A stretch of DNA of 63,886 nucleotides, counting the filler, from Streblomastix strix (Eukaryota), in assembly GCA_008636045.1 (NCBI GenBank). It is 2 parts of 2 records of this genome, joined end to end, with 100 filler letters (N's around TTAATTAATTAA, not from the genome) between each part and the next. Parts side by side here need not be neighbours in the genome. Positions count along the whole stretch, not along the records: positions 1 to 31,908 come from SNRW01000073.1; 1 more part is not named here. One strand, given 5' to 3'. Shown here piece after piece: positions 12,247 to 24,442 of this stretch. Positions within the stretch are counted from its first letter, which is position 1; the number at the start of each line of letters is the position of its first letter. The notes under the pieces are model-generated. The model saw nothing but the letters and a program-made list of their open reading frames with translations, had not been told where the DNA came from and did not search any database. The translations under genes and the position numbers were made by a program.

Positions 12247-15200
12247 ATGGTCTTTAACAAATCATAATTTTAATCTAAATTGAAAATATTTGATATTGCT
12301 AATAGTGGAACTGTTAAATAACTCAAGACTAGAGTGATTTAATAGCTGAACAAATTAGGTTTTCCTAAACGAGGAGGAAGAACTAATTTTACTAAGGTTA
12401 TATCATTTGTGATCGAAAAATTGATTGATTAATTGTAAGATCAAGTAATAAACGAAGATTTACTCAAAGCTTAGAATTAGATAATTAAAGCAACTAACTT
12501 CAAGGAGACTAGATAAAAAATCTTTAGACTATAGCACTTTACTTAATATGAGATTGATGAATTATAAGAGAAGATAGACTTACACAATGATAAAACTGTT
12601 AGAGAGGATGATTATCACTTTGAATATTTTAGGCGTTTATTGTTCACTCTACCTTAGGAATAATAAGAATGTAGATAAGCAATAATTAAAGCACGATAAG
12701 GCTATGATATTACTAAAATAGTTGCAGATGCTGATGCTATATCAATAAAGTACAACAATAACATAATTATATCACATTAAGATATTGATAATTTAATTGA
12801 TTTTGTTTATAAAGCTAATAAGAAAAGAGCATTTAAGATTCAATTATTATTCGGTACAATTAGCGAGGAATTTTAATTTAGTATCTTTATTTATTAACAT
12901 TAACCCTTATTTGTAAGGCATATATAATAATACGTTCCATCAATGATTATTAATGAAGAATCAATAGAGAAGTATAAATAATACATTAAGAGTTGTATAA
13001 TAGAGATGCAAGACTTCTAGATAACTGAATCAACTAAATATAGATATATTAGTATATACTCAATGATGACAAAACATGGTTTACTTCCACTAGCAGGCTT
13101 ATGTATGTAGGAACTAATCGACTAATATTGTAATTCACATTGAAAGTAACTATTCTATTAATAATCAGATTTAAATGATTGCTTCTGGTTATCTTATGCT
13201 TGATTCATATTAAAATGTAAAGTATCACCTAATAAAATTCAACGTGAAGCTAAAAAATAACTATGTGAATTCTATAACTTATCGAAGAAACAATATGATT
13301 CATTCATTAACTTCTATAAAGGATTTGATTTAGTTAGCGAGTTATAACAATTCATTATTAAGAAGATGATTAACATTAATTCATTCTATTATGATCTAGA
13401 GGGTAAGTTCTATTGCTTAGGATATAAATTAAATTATAATAAGATGTAGATCGTTATTTTATAAGATGATTTAGTTATCGAAGAAACATAATTAAAAGAA
13501 TCAATTTCAACATTAAACATACTATTAGTTTCATCAACTAATTATAACTAAGACATCTATCATGTATTCTATGTAACTAATAAAGATGGAATGACAAGAT
13601 AAAAATACTGTCCACACTGTTATTAATAATTATTTGACCCTAAGGATGATCATTATAAAAGAGACTATGAATAACATGTTAGTTAGTGTAAAATCAATGG
13701 AGGTAAAATAATTATGAAGGTTAAACTAGATGAATAGCCATTTCCCTTAATATACCATATTCAACGCAATGAAATTTATGCTTATCTATTAGTTAACAAT
13801 AAGTAACAGCGGTTTAAACTTACTAACTACTATATCGCGTATGATTTTGAAACAGTAGAGCATAAAATACTTATTTTGGTAAACCTATTTCTAAGGTTGA
13901 CGGTAAAGTTATTTATAACAGTTAATGGATATCAGTATTAAAACCCCTATACGTTGCATCAACTTTCAAACTTAAATGGAAGGAGTAATACTAATTTGAT
14001 CCAATCTATGAGAAAATAGCAACTCATCAAGGGTTTGCAACAATTAAAACTATCTGTTATGACTTACGATACTATACTAATTTTATAACTAACTGGATTG
14101 AGTAGCTAATTTAAGAGGCTAAGTAAGTAGTGATTGATAACTAGTATGATGACCGATTAATTCCATATCAATAAAACGTTTCAATTATCTGTTTCAATTC
14201 GGTTAGATTCAATTAAGTTCTATAGTCTAAATACGTTCATTATGATAAATGGGTAATATAAAACTACATTGGCGACTTCGATAAAGGTAAATAGATAATA
14301 AATGAACATAAATAAACAAAATAATAGATCAATTTTATCGATGCAATAAATTATACTTAGCCTACAGATTTAGCAAGTTTCGCTAAAGACTTTGGGTCAA
14401 ATACAAATTAATCAAAAGGGCTATTTCCGTATGAAGGTATTACATATGATAACTATAATTAACTACTAATCAATTCATAACCCTTCTTCATTAAAGCATT
14501 TGAATCAATGTTGAAAAATAAGACTATGTCAGATGAAGATTACTTAATATATCTCAATGATGCTAAAAATTACGCTACAAGATGGGACTATCTGTAACAC
14601 TATAATGAATTAGACATATAGATAATGACATAACCATTAGACAATATCATTAATTGGTTCTATTAATACAATGTCGATATGCTTAGTTTCATGAGCCTTG
14701 CTGCTAATGCAAATGCAATTAAATATGCTATAGCTTACAAAGATTTCGATCTTAACGTTAATTACCCTCAGTAATCAAAGAAATCAACTCCTTTCATTCT
14801 ATCTCAAAGCTATTGGAACTCGAAAGTAATAGGGTATAATATATAGGACAAACAGAAGCATAGAAAGACAAACAATAATGTAACGATTAACGACTATGAA
14901 TACTATAAGGATCTATTCGAGCACTCTAATTGTGTTATTTGTGGTGATAAATTTATAATGGATAATAAGCCTACATTAGATAGAAATGACAATAGACTTC
15001 CTCATATTAAATCAAACTGTTAACCTAGTTGCTTATATTGCAACCGCTATAAATCAGACAATTATGAGAAAGTAACGAGACTGTTTATACAACTTCGTCG
15101 ATACTGTAATATTAATCGTCTTCCTCAAACTATAGTCAATGATGAAATATATTAACTTATAAGACGTAATATTACAGGTGGACTATCAAATGTAATGCAC

Positions 15201-16760
15201 CGTTATAATCGTGCCAATATTGATACAATTAAATGATATTATTACAATGAAGATAATAAAACTATTACTGTAATAAACACTTATCATACTATATCTCATA
15301 TTTGCGGAGTTGATTTTAACTCATTATACCTCTCTTGTTTCTCATCGTAATATCATACCTTTAACAAGTATACTAATGGTATTATGTTTATGAATAGATC
15401 AGTAAACAGTATAATTAATGACTCAATCTAAGCAAGAAAAATAATACACTCAGCTGATCGATTCAATGACAAAGGATAGTTATTCATTGCATAACTGAAG
15501 GGTCACATTGATTCTAACTACGTTAATGATTTCATTAATTTCCCTCCAATATTTCGCAACTTATCATATCAATCAAGCAAATCGGTTATCGGGTAATATA
15601 TGTATGACTAGATGTAATCAGCAGGAGTTAAAACAGATAAATAAGAAAGAAAATTAACTCAATTTTTATCTACACATAATTAATATATGGCCTTTAGATC
15701 TTATTACTTATGGTTCTTAATTGATGATTGTCATTTCATTATCAATGATATTAAAAAGTTAGTTACTTTCGATAAATATACTAAATTTAATGCTTTCGTT
15801 AACGAGTTTATGAGTAAACGAATTAGAGCTATTAAACAACATAATAGTGGTCTAGACAAATTTTGTAAGATGATCATAAACGCTTCTTATGGATCTGATG
15901 GAATGAACACGGAGAAATATACCGAAATTAAAGTCATGGATTAGAAGGAAGCACTAAAGGCCCATTTATCGAACACATTTATGGATGAGTAATAACTCGG
16001 TGATAATGCATATGCGGTATAAATGAATCCTGAGACTTGCAAGTGTAATACATGCCTTTAAGTAGCTTATTTTGTATTAGATAACGCTAAATATTGGTAT
16101 CTAAATTTTATATATAATTTCATGTATAAATGCTTGGATATGACGAAGATACATTTCGTGGAAGGAGATACTGATTCAGCTTATTGGGCAATTAGTGGTA
16201 AACAAATCATTAAAAGATATGATAACAAATAAGTGTACGAAGATAACTTACACCAGGGATTTAAATATGTCATCAATGACCAGTAAATCTGTGATACTAA
16301 CGCTAAATACTTCTTCCCAACTATATAAGGAGACAAATCCGATGAAAAGAAGTTACTCGGGTTAGCAATCGAAAACGAAGGAGATGAGATGGTTGCATTA
16401 GCCCCTAAGAATTATTATATTCATATATTTAAACAATAAAAGAGTGAATTTCTTCTAACTGATGTAAATAAACTTAAAGGAATTAATCTTAGATAGAACA
16501 ATATAAACAAATAAGACGTGATTGATAATATCACTATCGGAAAAATAACATAAGGAACTAATATGAGTCTCGGGTTACAGGTTGATTAACTATAAGAACG
16601 ATAGCTATCAAAAACTTATTGTATGAGAAAATTATTATCAACAAAGAATGCATTAACTGATATATAAATTAAGATAATAGTACTCAAAAATAGTTAAAGT
16701 TGTTTACCGTTTTTCCACAGTTTGACTACTGATAGCTATATTGATTGTGCATCATCCTGA
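12247..16760 (+). pseudogene. Protein-primed family B DNA polymerase (pPolB), copy 2, full length (~1500 codons), disrupted
   Basis: ATG 12247; ExoI YIAYDFET (~13831-13854); KGLFPYE; RNITGGLS; motif A GVDFNSLYLS (~15306-15335); motif B KMIINASYGSD; motif C FVEGDTDSAY (~16155-16185); ALAPKNY; TGA 16758-16760. In-frame TGAs at 13141, 13201 and 15234; frameshift near 13868. Confidence 0.92.
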
Positions 16761-16817
16761 TTTTTTTCTGTTTTCTTTATGCTTTATCTCTATCGGTTTG
16801 GGTAAAGTTTACAACGC

Positions 16818-17156
16818 TCACTCTATTTTTTTATATTTATCAAGTATATTAATTATTATAATTGTATCTTAGTCATCAAGCTTTATCTTTTAAATCTATC
16901 GAATCACTGCATGTTATAATTCTGTGAGTGTCCATCTAAACTATTTAGTAATTAGATATTTCTTCTTTTTGAATTGTTATCGTTTCTCTCTAGCTTTATT
17001 GTTAGCTTCTTCTACTGTATGATATTTTCTTGGTCTACCGCATTTAGCTCCTTCTTTTCTCTCATATTTACGTTTTTGTTTTATTTTCTTAATCAACAGT
17101 TTATTAGTATCATTAATTTATTAATCACTGGTTTCATTTATATTTTACATTTTCAT
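16818..17156 (-). CDS. Small basic AT-hook protein (112 aa) of the viral element
   Basis: Intact ORF under TAR=Gln: MKMQNINE...RKYERKEGAKCGRPRKYHTVEEANNKAREKRQQFKKKKY...KKIE*. It contains a GRPRK AT-hook core. Confidence 0.7.
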
Positions 17157-18282
17157 TTAACAAAAAGGTCTATTTATATTTATCATCTACTGTAGCTAAA
17201 TCATCACTAACTTTCTTAGCGAAATAAATTGGTATTTCGACTTACTCTATATCCTTATATTTCTTCAGTAGCCTACAAATAATATTTTCATGTTAATACT
17301 TTTCGAATACTACTAATTCATTAAATTATTAAAGTTATTATTTAAATTAGTGCATTGTCTTTTATAAGTCAAGATAAATCATTACGATATTATCTTTCGT
17401 TAGTTTAGTAAGTTACCTCTATGTTTATTTAACAGCTTCTAACTTCCGCATCTATTATCTTATATACTTACCCTCCAAATCTTCATCATTATTAACTAAT
17501 GTTGGGTTATACTTTAAATCAAATGCTTGATGTGGCTTTTCATTATAGTATTTAACTACCCATTTCATTAGCTTTGTATCACCCATATCTTTACCATTAA
17601 AACCATCTCTTATTGTTCGAATCACTCTGTCAATTATTCTATTTTTATTAACGAATTTCGATTTACTCAAGTAATGTTATATATGATGATTAAATATGAA
17701 ATATTATACCATTTTACTACCAATAGCACTTTCACCATCAGATCTTAGATTAGTTGCCTATTACTATTTAGTCAATTGATCGAGACATCTTAATGTCTCT
17801 TATTACGTTTTATTCTTAATTTCATAGACAACTAAGTACTTAGTATTGATATTGATACAGAATAGATAATCTTACTATTCAGTGAATACTATATCTATCT
17901 CCCACGATCCTAATGATTTAGAGAAATATGGTATTTAGTATCGTTTTAATGGTTTTAGTTTGTAATCCTATAACTTTTATGATTTATCGAATGGATTTGA
18001 AATAATTTATTATTCCTCTTTAATTATTGTTTTATTCTCTTCTTTAGTATTCTCTTTTATTTTCTCTATATGATACTCTTTAAACTTATCAATGTATTAT
18101 TTATATAACTCAGCTATTGTTTTAATACGTTTCACTTTAGACCCTAAAATACCTTCTGTGAATTATTTTTCTAAGTCAGTTGATTTAAATTTGGTTTCAA
18201 ATTAAAGATTCAGACTATTTACAAAGTCTTTCAAACTCAACTTATTCATTTCATAAGCCTTATCATTAATAAATTTGTTCAT
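17134..18282 (-). CDS. Retroviral-type (rve) integrase of a Polinton-like element, 382 aa, apparently intact
   Basis: Open frame from ATG 18282 to TGA 17134. Motifs SWEIDIVF...YLFCININTKYL, NLRSDGES, NRIIDRVIRTIRD and YYNEKPH are typical of the integrase core, with D at the usual third-acidic (E) position. Confidence 0.88.
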
Positions 18283-18465
18283 TTCATTTCAAAAATAATA
18301 ATCATCAATTCACTGACAATTCTTTGATTCACAAACATATTTGATAGCGAAGTTGAATATCTATTTGATTAGATCGTGCCAGTGTGACTATTACACACTC
18401 AATCCAATACTTTCATGAACATTAATCATAGTTTTGTTGAAGATCTCCATTTGTAATAAGTAAAT

Positions 18466-19134
18466 TCATTGAATATACTGTATCTCAAACAGTAAGTTGT
18501 TAAATATATCCATAAACTAATTAGATATTCATCGTCCAAAATTATCTTACAATTTAAATACAAATGATCTATTGGGACCCATTAACCCTTACTATGATAG
18601 CATATTTTAACCCCAAAATACTGGTGCTCCAATTAAATTCTAGTTATTACACACATTCGAAAACCCTATATTACTAATGGTTTACATAATAGATCCTTGT
18701 AATTGATTATCAACGCATATAATTAGCATCTGAGGATACTCTAAGAAATTACCGATATAGGGGCAAAAGATAGGTATATCAGATTATTATGACTATTAAT
18801 TATACTTAGATTTATAGAACCACTTAGATAGTTCAATTATTTTTTCACTAGATGTTACATTAGCTAATTAATTAGAGTTATTCTATGATGAGCCATCAAA
18901 CATATCTAGTCCCCCAGTTAACTATATGTATAAGTTGTTAGATAATACTATACTAGTACAATACCAATATTATTATGATTCAAAATCTGAATAAATAACA
19001 TCTGACGAATATTTTTCTACAGTTTAAGGTACATATTATCCATAATTCATACCAGTAATATTATGTATATTTTTATTCCTTTTATACCTTTAGCCAATGC
19101 ATTTTCCTGTTGATTCTTTCTATTAAAATTTCAT
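18466..19134 (-). pseudogene. Putative minor capsid (penton) protein, ~220 codons, with one frameshift and one TGA
   Basis: C-terminus SFVFKLQDNFGR*ISNQFMDIFNNLLFEIQYIQ* resembles the 'hxhxLxDxxGRxI...hxhxh' end typical of Polinton minor capsids. Frameshift in an A-run at ~18840. Located between integrase and MCP. Confidence 0.45.
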
Positions 19135-20004
19135 TATTTTTTTTCGCTATTTCTCTTAATTAATCTTGTTAATCCATTAATGCTCATATCTACTTCATAC
19201 GTTAATAGTTAAATTCTTTTTACTTTTATTCTGTCATTTGTTAGGATAAAAAATAATTATCAAAATTTTAACACATTAACTTATTTATTAATATAATCTA
19301 CTTCCTATACACAATCATTATATAATTTCATACTTAGATTAATCTCTTTTCCTTTAAATTATGGTTTTATAAAGTATTCTACTCAATTTTCTAAGTGACT
19401 ATTTAGTTCATTCTTTATTTTTGAACTTTCTAAGACATCCTTTATCATATCTTATTATTTTTTATCTTTGATTCATTTAGTAATTATTGATATTATGATG
19501 AAAAATTATTATTCATCAATAATAATGGATTATCATTAACGTTTGAATTAATCATATCAATTTAGACACCTTTCCGAATGATTCCTTAATAATCATCATC
19601 ATTTTCCTTTAATTAATGAGGATATGTTTGGTCAATCTTTTAATCTATTTAATCAATTATTTTGTCTATTTTATAAAATTTTTCAGTAACATTAAAATTA
19701 CCTTGATAGATTAAATTAAATTTATATATCATCTAGACCTTTTTGTATCTATTATATTCTATTCTCAAATTAATCTTTATCCATTTGAAATTTAGTAAAA
19801 ATAAAAATCAATTCAATAATGATTCGAAGTACATTTAGTCTTCTTTCTTTTGTTACTCTATCTATTATTTTTCTTATAATGTTTGTTTCTTCAATTAGAT
19901 CTTCTATATTACATTATTAACATCTTTAGGATAAATATATTACCATTTACCATATGGTTTAACAACTTGTAGTACTTAGTTATACCATTTTACTTTATTC
20001 AAAA

Positions 20005-20397
20005 ATGCAATATTCTGATGAAGATAAAATATAATTCAATCAACTACATGATTACATTAAGACTCTAGGTAAAGCTATTAATGCATCTAATAAGTTTAAG
20101 TTCAATGATTTAAGGTTACACAACAAACAATTCTACTAATTAACTGAATCTAGAAACGGTAAAACAAAGTACTATAAGTAGTTAACGTAATAAGGATAAT
20201 ACCAATATATCTATCCAATTGATGTAAACAATATAGCTTAGAAGATATAATTGAAAAGATTAACGCATGAAGAAAAATAATAGATTGATTAACAATGGAA
20301 AGAAGACTAACTGTACTTTGAATCATTGTTAAATAATTATATCACTGTCGAGGATTATTAATATACCGATCCATCCCTCCTTCTTCTTCTGCTTTGA
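20005..20397 (+). CDS. Hypothetical protein (130 aa) in the viral element
   Basis: Open under TAR=Gln from ATG 20005 (MQYSDEDKIQFNQLHDYIKTLG...) to TGA 20395-20397. No motif recognised. Confidence 0.5.
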
Positions 20398-20677
20398 TTT
20401 TCTATTCGATGTTACGATATGGATACAAAAATTATAGATAACAAGAAAGGTAGTTGGATGATTAGCATGTAGTCTATTAATCAAGCATGTTATATATTTT
20501 ATTAAGTTTATTATTTTTATATTATATTTAGATTAACATATTAAATTGATCATATGTTTTATCTATCAAACCGATAATTTCTTTTAGGTTATCTTTTATG
20601 TCATATATAGCATCATAATACTTAGCGTTTTATTCATTGGATATCTCCATTTAATATAAAACAAAAATAGTAAAAAA

Positions 20678-20887
20678 TCATTTAGGTCCATTAATGTATC
20701 GATCAACTCCACTGGCTATTCGTTACCCTACTCCCATAGCTGCTTCTTTCGCTGGATTTAATGTGCTAAGTGGACCCGCTAATGTACCTAAAACATTATT
20801 CAATGTCAGAGCAACCCAACCTGCAGCTTTCTTTACACCCCTTAATACTTTGCTACCAAAATTTGATAAGCCTGACCAAAAGCCCAT
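20678..20887 (-). CDS. Small amphipathic, putative membrane-active virion protein (adenovirus protein VI-like), copy 1, 69 aa
   Basis: MGFWSGLSNFGSKVLRGVKKAAGWVALTLNNVLGTLAGPLSTLNPAKEAAMGVGQRIASGVDRYINGPK*. Intact, homologous to 24236-24442, and head-to-head with an MCP gene. Confidence 0.75.
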
Positions 20888-20963
20888 TTATTAGAAATAA
20901 AATTAAGATATTTCATAAGCTTAAAGTGTTCGGCTTTAATATAATTCTTTGATTTAATCTAAA

Positions 20964-22160
20964 ATGGCGTTCGTAGCTAGTGATTACTGAAAACGTTTAG
21001 CCTTAGCGTAACATTCAGACTATGTTAATGCGTACTCTTAATTCTAGGAAGTAATTTATACCTAAACAATCAGAGCTCAATCCTTCAGTATATCGAAACA
21101 ATAATTCTTTGAATAGCCTGTAACATAACTTACAAATGATGGGACACATTATACTAGAGCTCCACTTGCAGCAAGAGGAACTGCTACCTGTTCGTGTATT
21201 TAAACTTGTTAAATCAATTGGAAAATTACTACTCCCGCAAATATATTAGCGATATAGGTTAATAAAGTATAAGCTAGCAATACTGATGCTAAGAAAAAAA
21301 ATTATTAAATTTCAAATTATAATGCAGTTAATTCAGGGACACATAAATGTTGATTATACTACTACAATGGAATCTGGTGCTGATGCTACTAAATGGGAAT
21401 ATGATACCTTTGAACAATTTAAATTCTGGTTAGGTTTCTCAACCGCTTGCGGACCATTTAATCAAATAGCTATATATGTAAAGATTCATAGAAATTGTGA
21501 GATACTTCAATATATGCTAGAGAATAAGCGATAATTGCACCAAATTCATTGACAGATTAATGTACTTCTAATTCTGTAACAGTTTCTCCACTAGAAAGTA
21601 TAGCAGAAGTGAAACGACATTGTGGGATATTTATTGATATACCTGTATCAGCTATTAGTGTTGCAGGAGCATTTAACTATATTAAACCATATGATATTGT
21701 ATTCAGTGGAGTAATGGATCTAAACTGATTGAATTCTATCTTTATTAACTTTCCTATATTGACGAGGAGTTATGCTTCATTATCTATACAATTATGAATG
21801 TAAGATTTCTTATAAGATTTGAAGGTTGAAGGGTTTAATTAGTATAATCCTGTAGATAATACATATCTAGCATATGCAATGATTCCACCGGAGAAACCAA
21901 ATATAAGTTTATTGAAAAATAGATCTGTAGATTTAGCTTATAATCAATACAGTATTAGAATGGGTAATATGGAAGGTAAACCTAATACAACAACAATACC
22001 AACAGCTACAATAAGTTAAATTAAAAATGTTAAATTTAATGAATTGTATATAAATAACCTATGTTTTAATATAGTGAATGAAGCTGTAATTGTTGAAATG
22101 ATTCGTAACCAAAGACAAGTTAACTTCCCTACGTAAGTTTTACGTACTTAATGATTAACT
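20964..22160 (+). pseudogene. Putative major capsid protein, copy 2, 3'-truncated
   Basis: MAFVASDY*KRLALAQHSDYVNAYSQ...HYTRAPL...FWLGFSTACGPF...YAREQAIIA...RHCGIFIDIP...MIPPEKP...QVNFPTQVLRTQ. Homology to copy 1 stops at ~22150. Contains frameshifts and TGAs. Confidence 0.6.
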
Positions 22161-22548
22161 TGAGAGCTTATTAAAGAGATTACAATACTCTAATGATATA
22201 ATCCATCCACTTTACACAGAATTAGTTTGTACCAAAATAAAATTATAAGTTGTTTTACGATTATTATCAATAAAGCCTAATCAACGATATGAAGATAACT
22301 ATGAAAGAATAGCATAATAGTTAGTGTAGTTGATTAATTCCATACATTTATCTGAGAGTATTAATTCATCATAATGGAAATAGTCTATCTTTAATACTAA
22401 TATGTTATTTTTGATCAATGGTGTCTTTAATTGGATTGATTAACGATTCAAAGATATTGTATATTTCATTATCGGAAGCGTTAATCTTTCTACTTAATTA
22501 TAAAGCTATCATTGATTAATTAAAATAATTAAAATTAATCTATCAGAA

Positions 22549-23566
22549 ATGAAGCAAATATAGTTTGATACTTATAATATGCTAGATGAATATAAAACGA
22601 AACCATTATCCCCTAAATCAATCTTCCTTATTAACACAAACCATTATATTGTAGGAGCAGTAGGAAGTAGTAAAACAACTTTAATGAGTAAACTAATTGT
22701 ATTGTATAAACATATAATTAACCCTTATATACTATAACTCTCGAATTATGGATAAGATGAGACTATGACGATTAATATGAATGATAAAAGAGTAATACTA
22801 AATATCATTACTTGTTAAGAAGCAATTAATTTCTTACCTTAGATTGAAGAGATTAAATACAAGGTTAAATAGATATATACCTATTGGAAATTAAAGTAGA
22901 TGGATATTAAGTATAACAGTGATTATATCAAATAACTTAAATGGAATATGTTCGATGGAAATGAAATTAAAAATAAAGAGACATATTAATAGTTTACAAC
23001 TAGAATGAAAGAATAGTTTAAAATCTATTGTATTAAAACGATTAATTAATAATTAGAGTACTAAGATAATGAGATTTACTATTCCTCCTCTAATTTAAAA
23101 CGGAAGTTATGAGAAACTATTAAAAATAGTAAATATCAATGAAATAGATGAAGATGGTATTATGATAATTAAAACATTAAAGATGCCTATACTATAAAAT
23201 GCTAAATTACTATCTACTCTAATGATGTTTGATGATATTGGTACCAATACTGATATATAAAGATATACTTCTGAATTATCTTAGACTATAACAAATCTCG
23301 TTAGTGGTAGTAGACATTCCTAAAATACATTATTCTTTGTTGCTTAGAGAACTTAATATTTGTTTAAGGCAGCTAGAATATTATGTCATGTGATAGTGCT
23401 TGGAGTTAACCTTGGTGAGAGTGATTTGAAGTAAATTTATGAAGAGAATAATATAAACACACTAACGGAGTAAGAGCTAATGATATTGTATAATACATTG
23501 AATAAGTATGAGTTCATTATTATCAATAAGTATAAAAATAGATTTGAGATAATAAGATAGAATTGA
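22549..23566 (+). pseudogene. A32/FtsK-like DNA packaging ATPase
   Basis: Walker A-like YIVGAVGSSKTT (22645-22680; the conserved G is replaced by S), Walker B LMMFDDIG (~23219-23242), and the A32 motif SGSRHSQNTLFFVAQ (~23303-23347). One frameshift between the Walker motifs; TGA 23564-23566. Confidence 0.8.
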
Positions 23567-23879
23567 GAGTGAACAGAGTAAACTACACCTCAAATATATG
23601 TTTTAATGTATTGTATTAGTGTGTAAATTCATTTACAAGTATCAATATTTAAGTTTAGTGTGCAATATTACTATTACGTTCTATTGATATTGTTAATGAA
23701 ACTATAAAATTTATCTCTATCATCCTACTATATTTAGTCTCTACATATTGCTGCATCATCACTTTTGATCTATCGTTTCTTCATTACTTCTCCAAAGCTT
23801 ATTCGTTTAAATATTTTATCCATTAGCTATCTCGCTTACTTGTTACGTCTTAGTGTTGTTGATAGAGGAACAAATGATT

Positions 23880-24169
23880 CGGTTAATTTATTTTTAGGTA
23901 TGGAAATAGTCCAGTTCACTTAGCATGTTTACACCGTTGAACAGGTAGCAATTCACCTAGCTCCTAATGGTGCTTTAGTATATTTAACTTTACTAGATGT
24001 TAGTTCATTTACTAGTTAATCGGTGAATTATTACTTGGATATTGAAAATGATTCAAGATGAATAGTTAATGTTTTTTAATACTTCACCTAATTACATATA
24101 TCCAGCAACATAATCAGAGTGTTCCATTTTTTGCAAACGGGCTAAATAATCATTAGATTTGAATGACAT
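23880..24169 (-). pseudogene. Putative major capsid protein, copy 3, N-terminal fragment only
   Basis: MSFKSNDYLARLQKMEHSDYVAGYMQLGE...ELTSSKVKYTKAPLGA...WTISIPKNKLT. Clear nucleotide similarity to 11640-11810 (ctaatggtgct.tagtatatttaact..actagatgt.agttca). Confidence 0.65.
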
Positions 24170-24235
24170 TTCAATAAAACAAAAATATCTGTACGCTGAT
24201 GAGGATTATGATAATAAATTTTATATTGAATCAAA

Positions 24236-24442
24236 ATGGGGCTCTTCTCTGGAATAGCGAATTTTGGGGCAAAAATATTAACAGGATTTAAGAAAGCAGT
24301 ATAATGGTTTGCACCAGCATTACATAAAGTTATATCTACTATATCAGGACCAGTAGGAATGATTCATCTGGGAATTGGAGGAGCAATAGGTGCAGGAGCT
24401 AATCTTGCAGGTGCTGTTGATAGATTAGTTAATAAACGCTGA
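24236..24442 (+). CDS. Small amphipathic, putative membrane-active virion protein, copy 2, 68 aa
   Basis: MGLFSGIANFGAKILTGFKKAVQWFAPALHKVISTISGPVGMIHLGIGGAIGAGANLAGAVDRLVNKR*. Aligns without gaps to copy 1 and is head-to-head with MCP copy 3. Confidence 0.75.
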
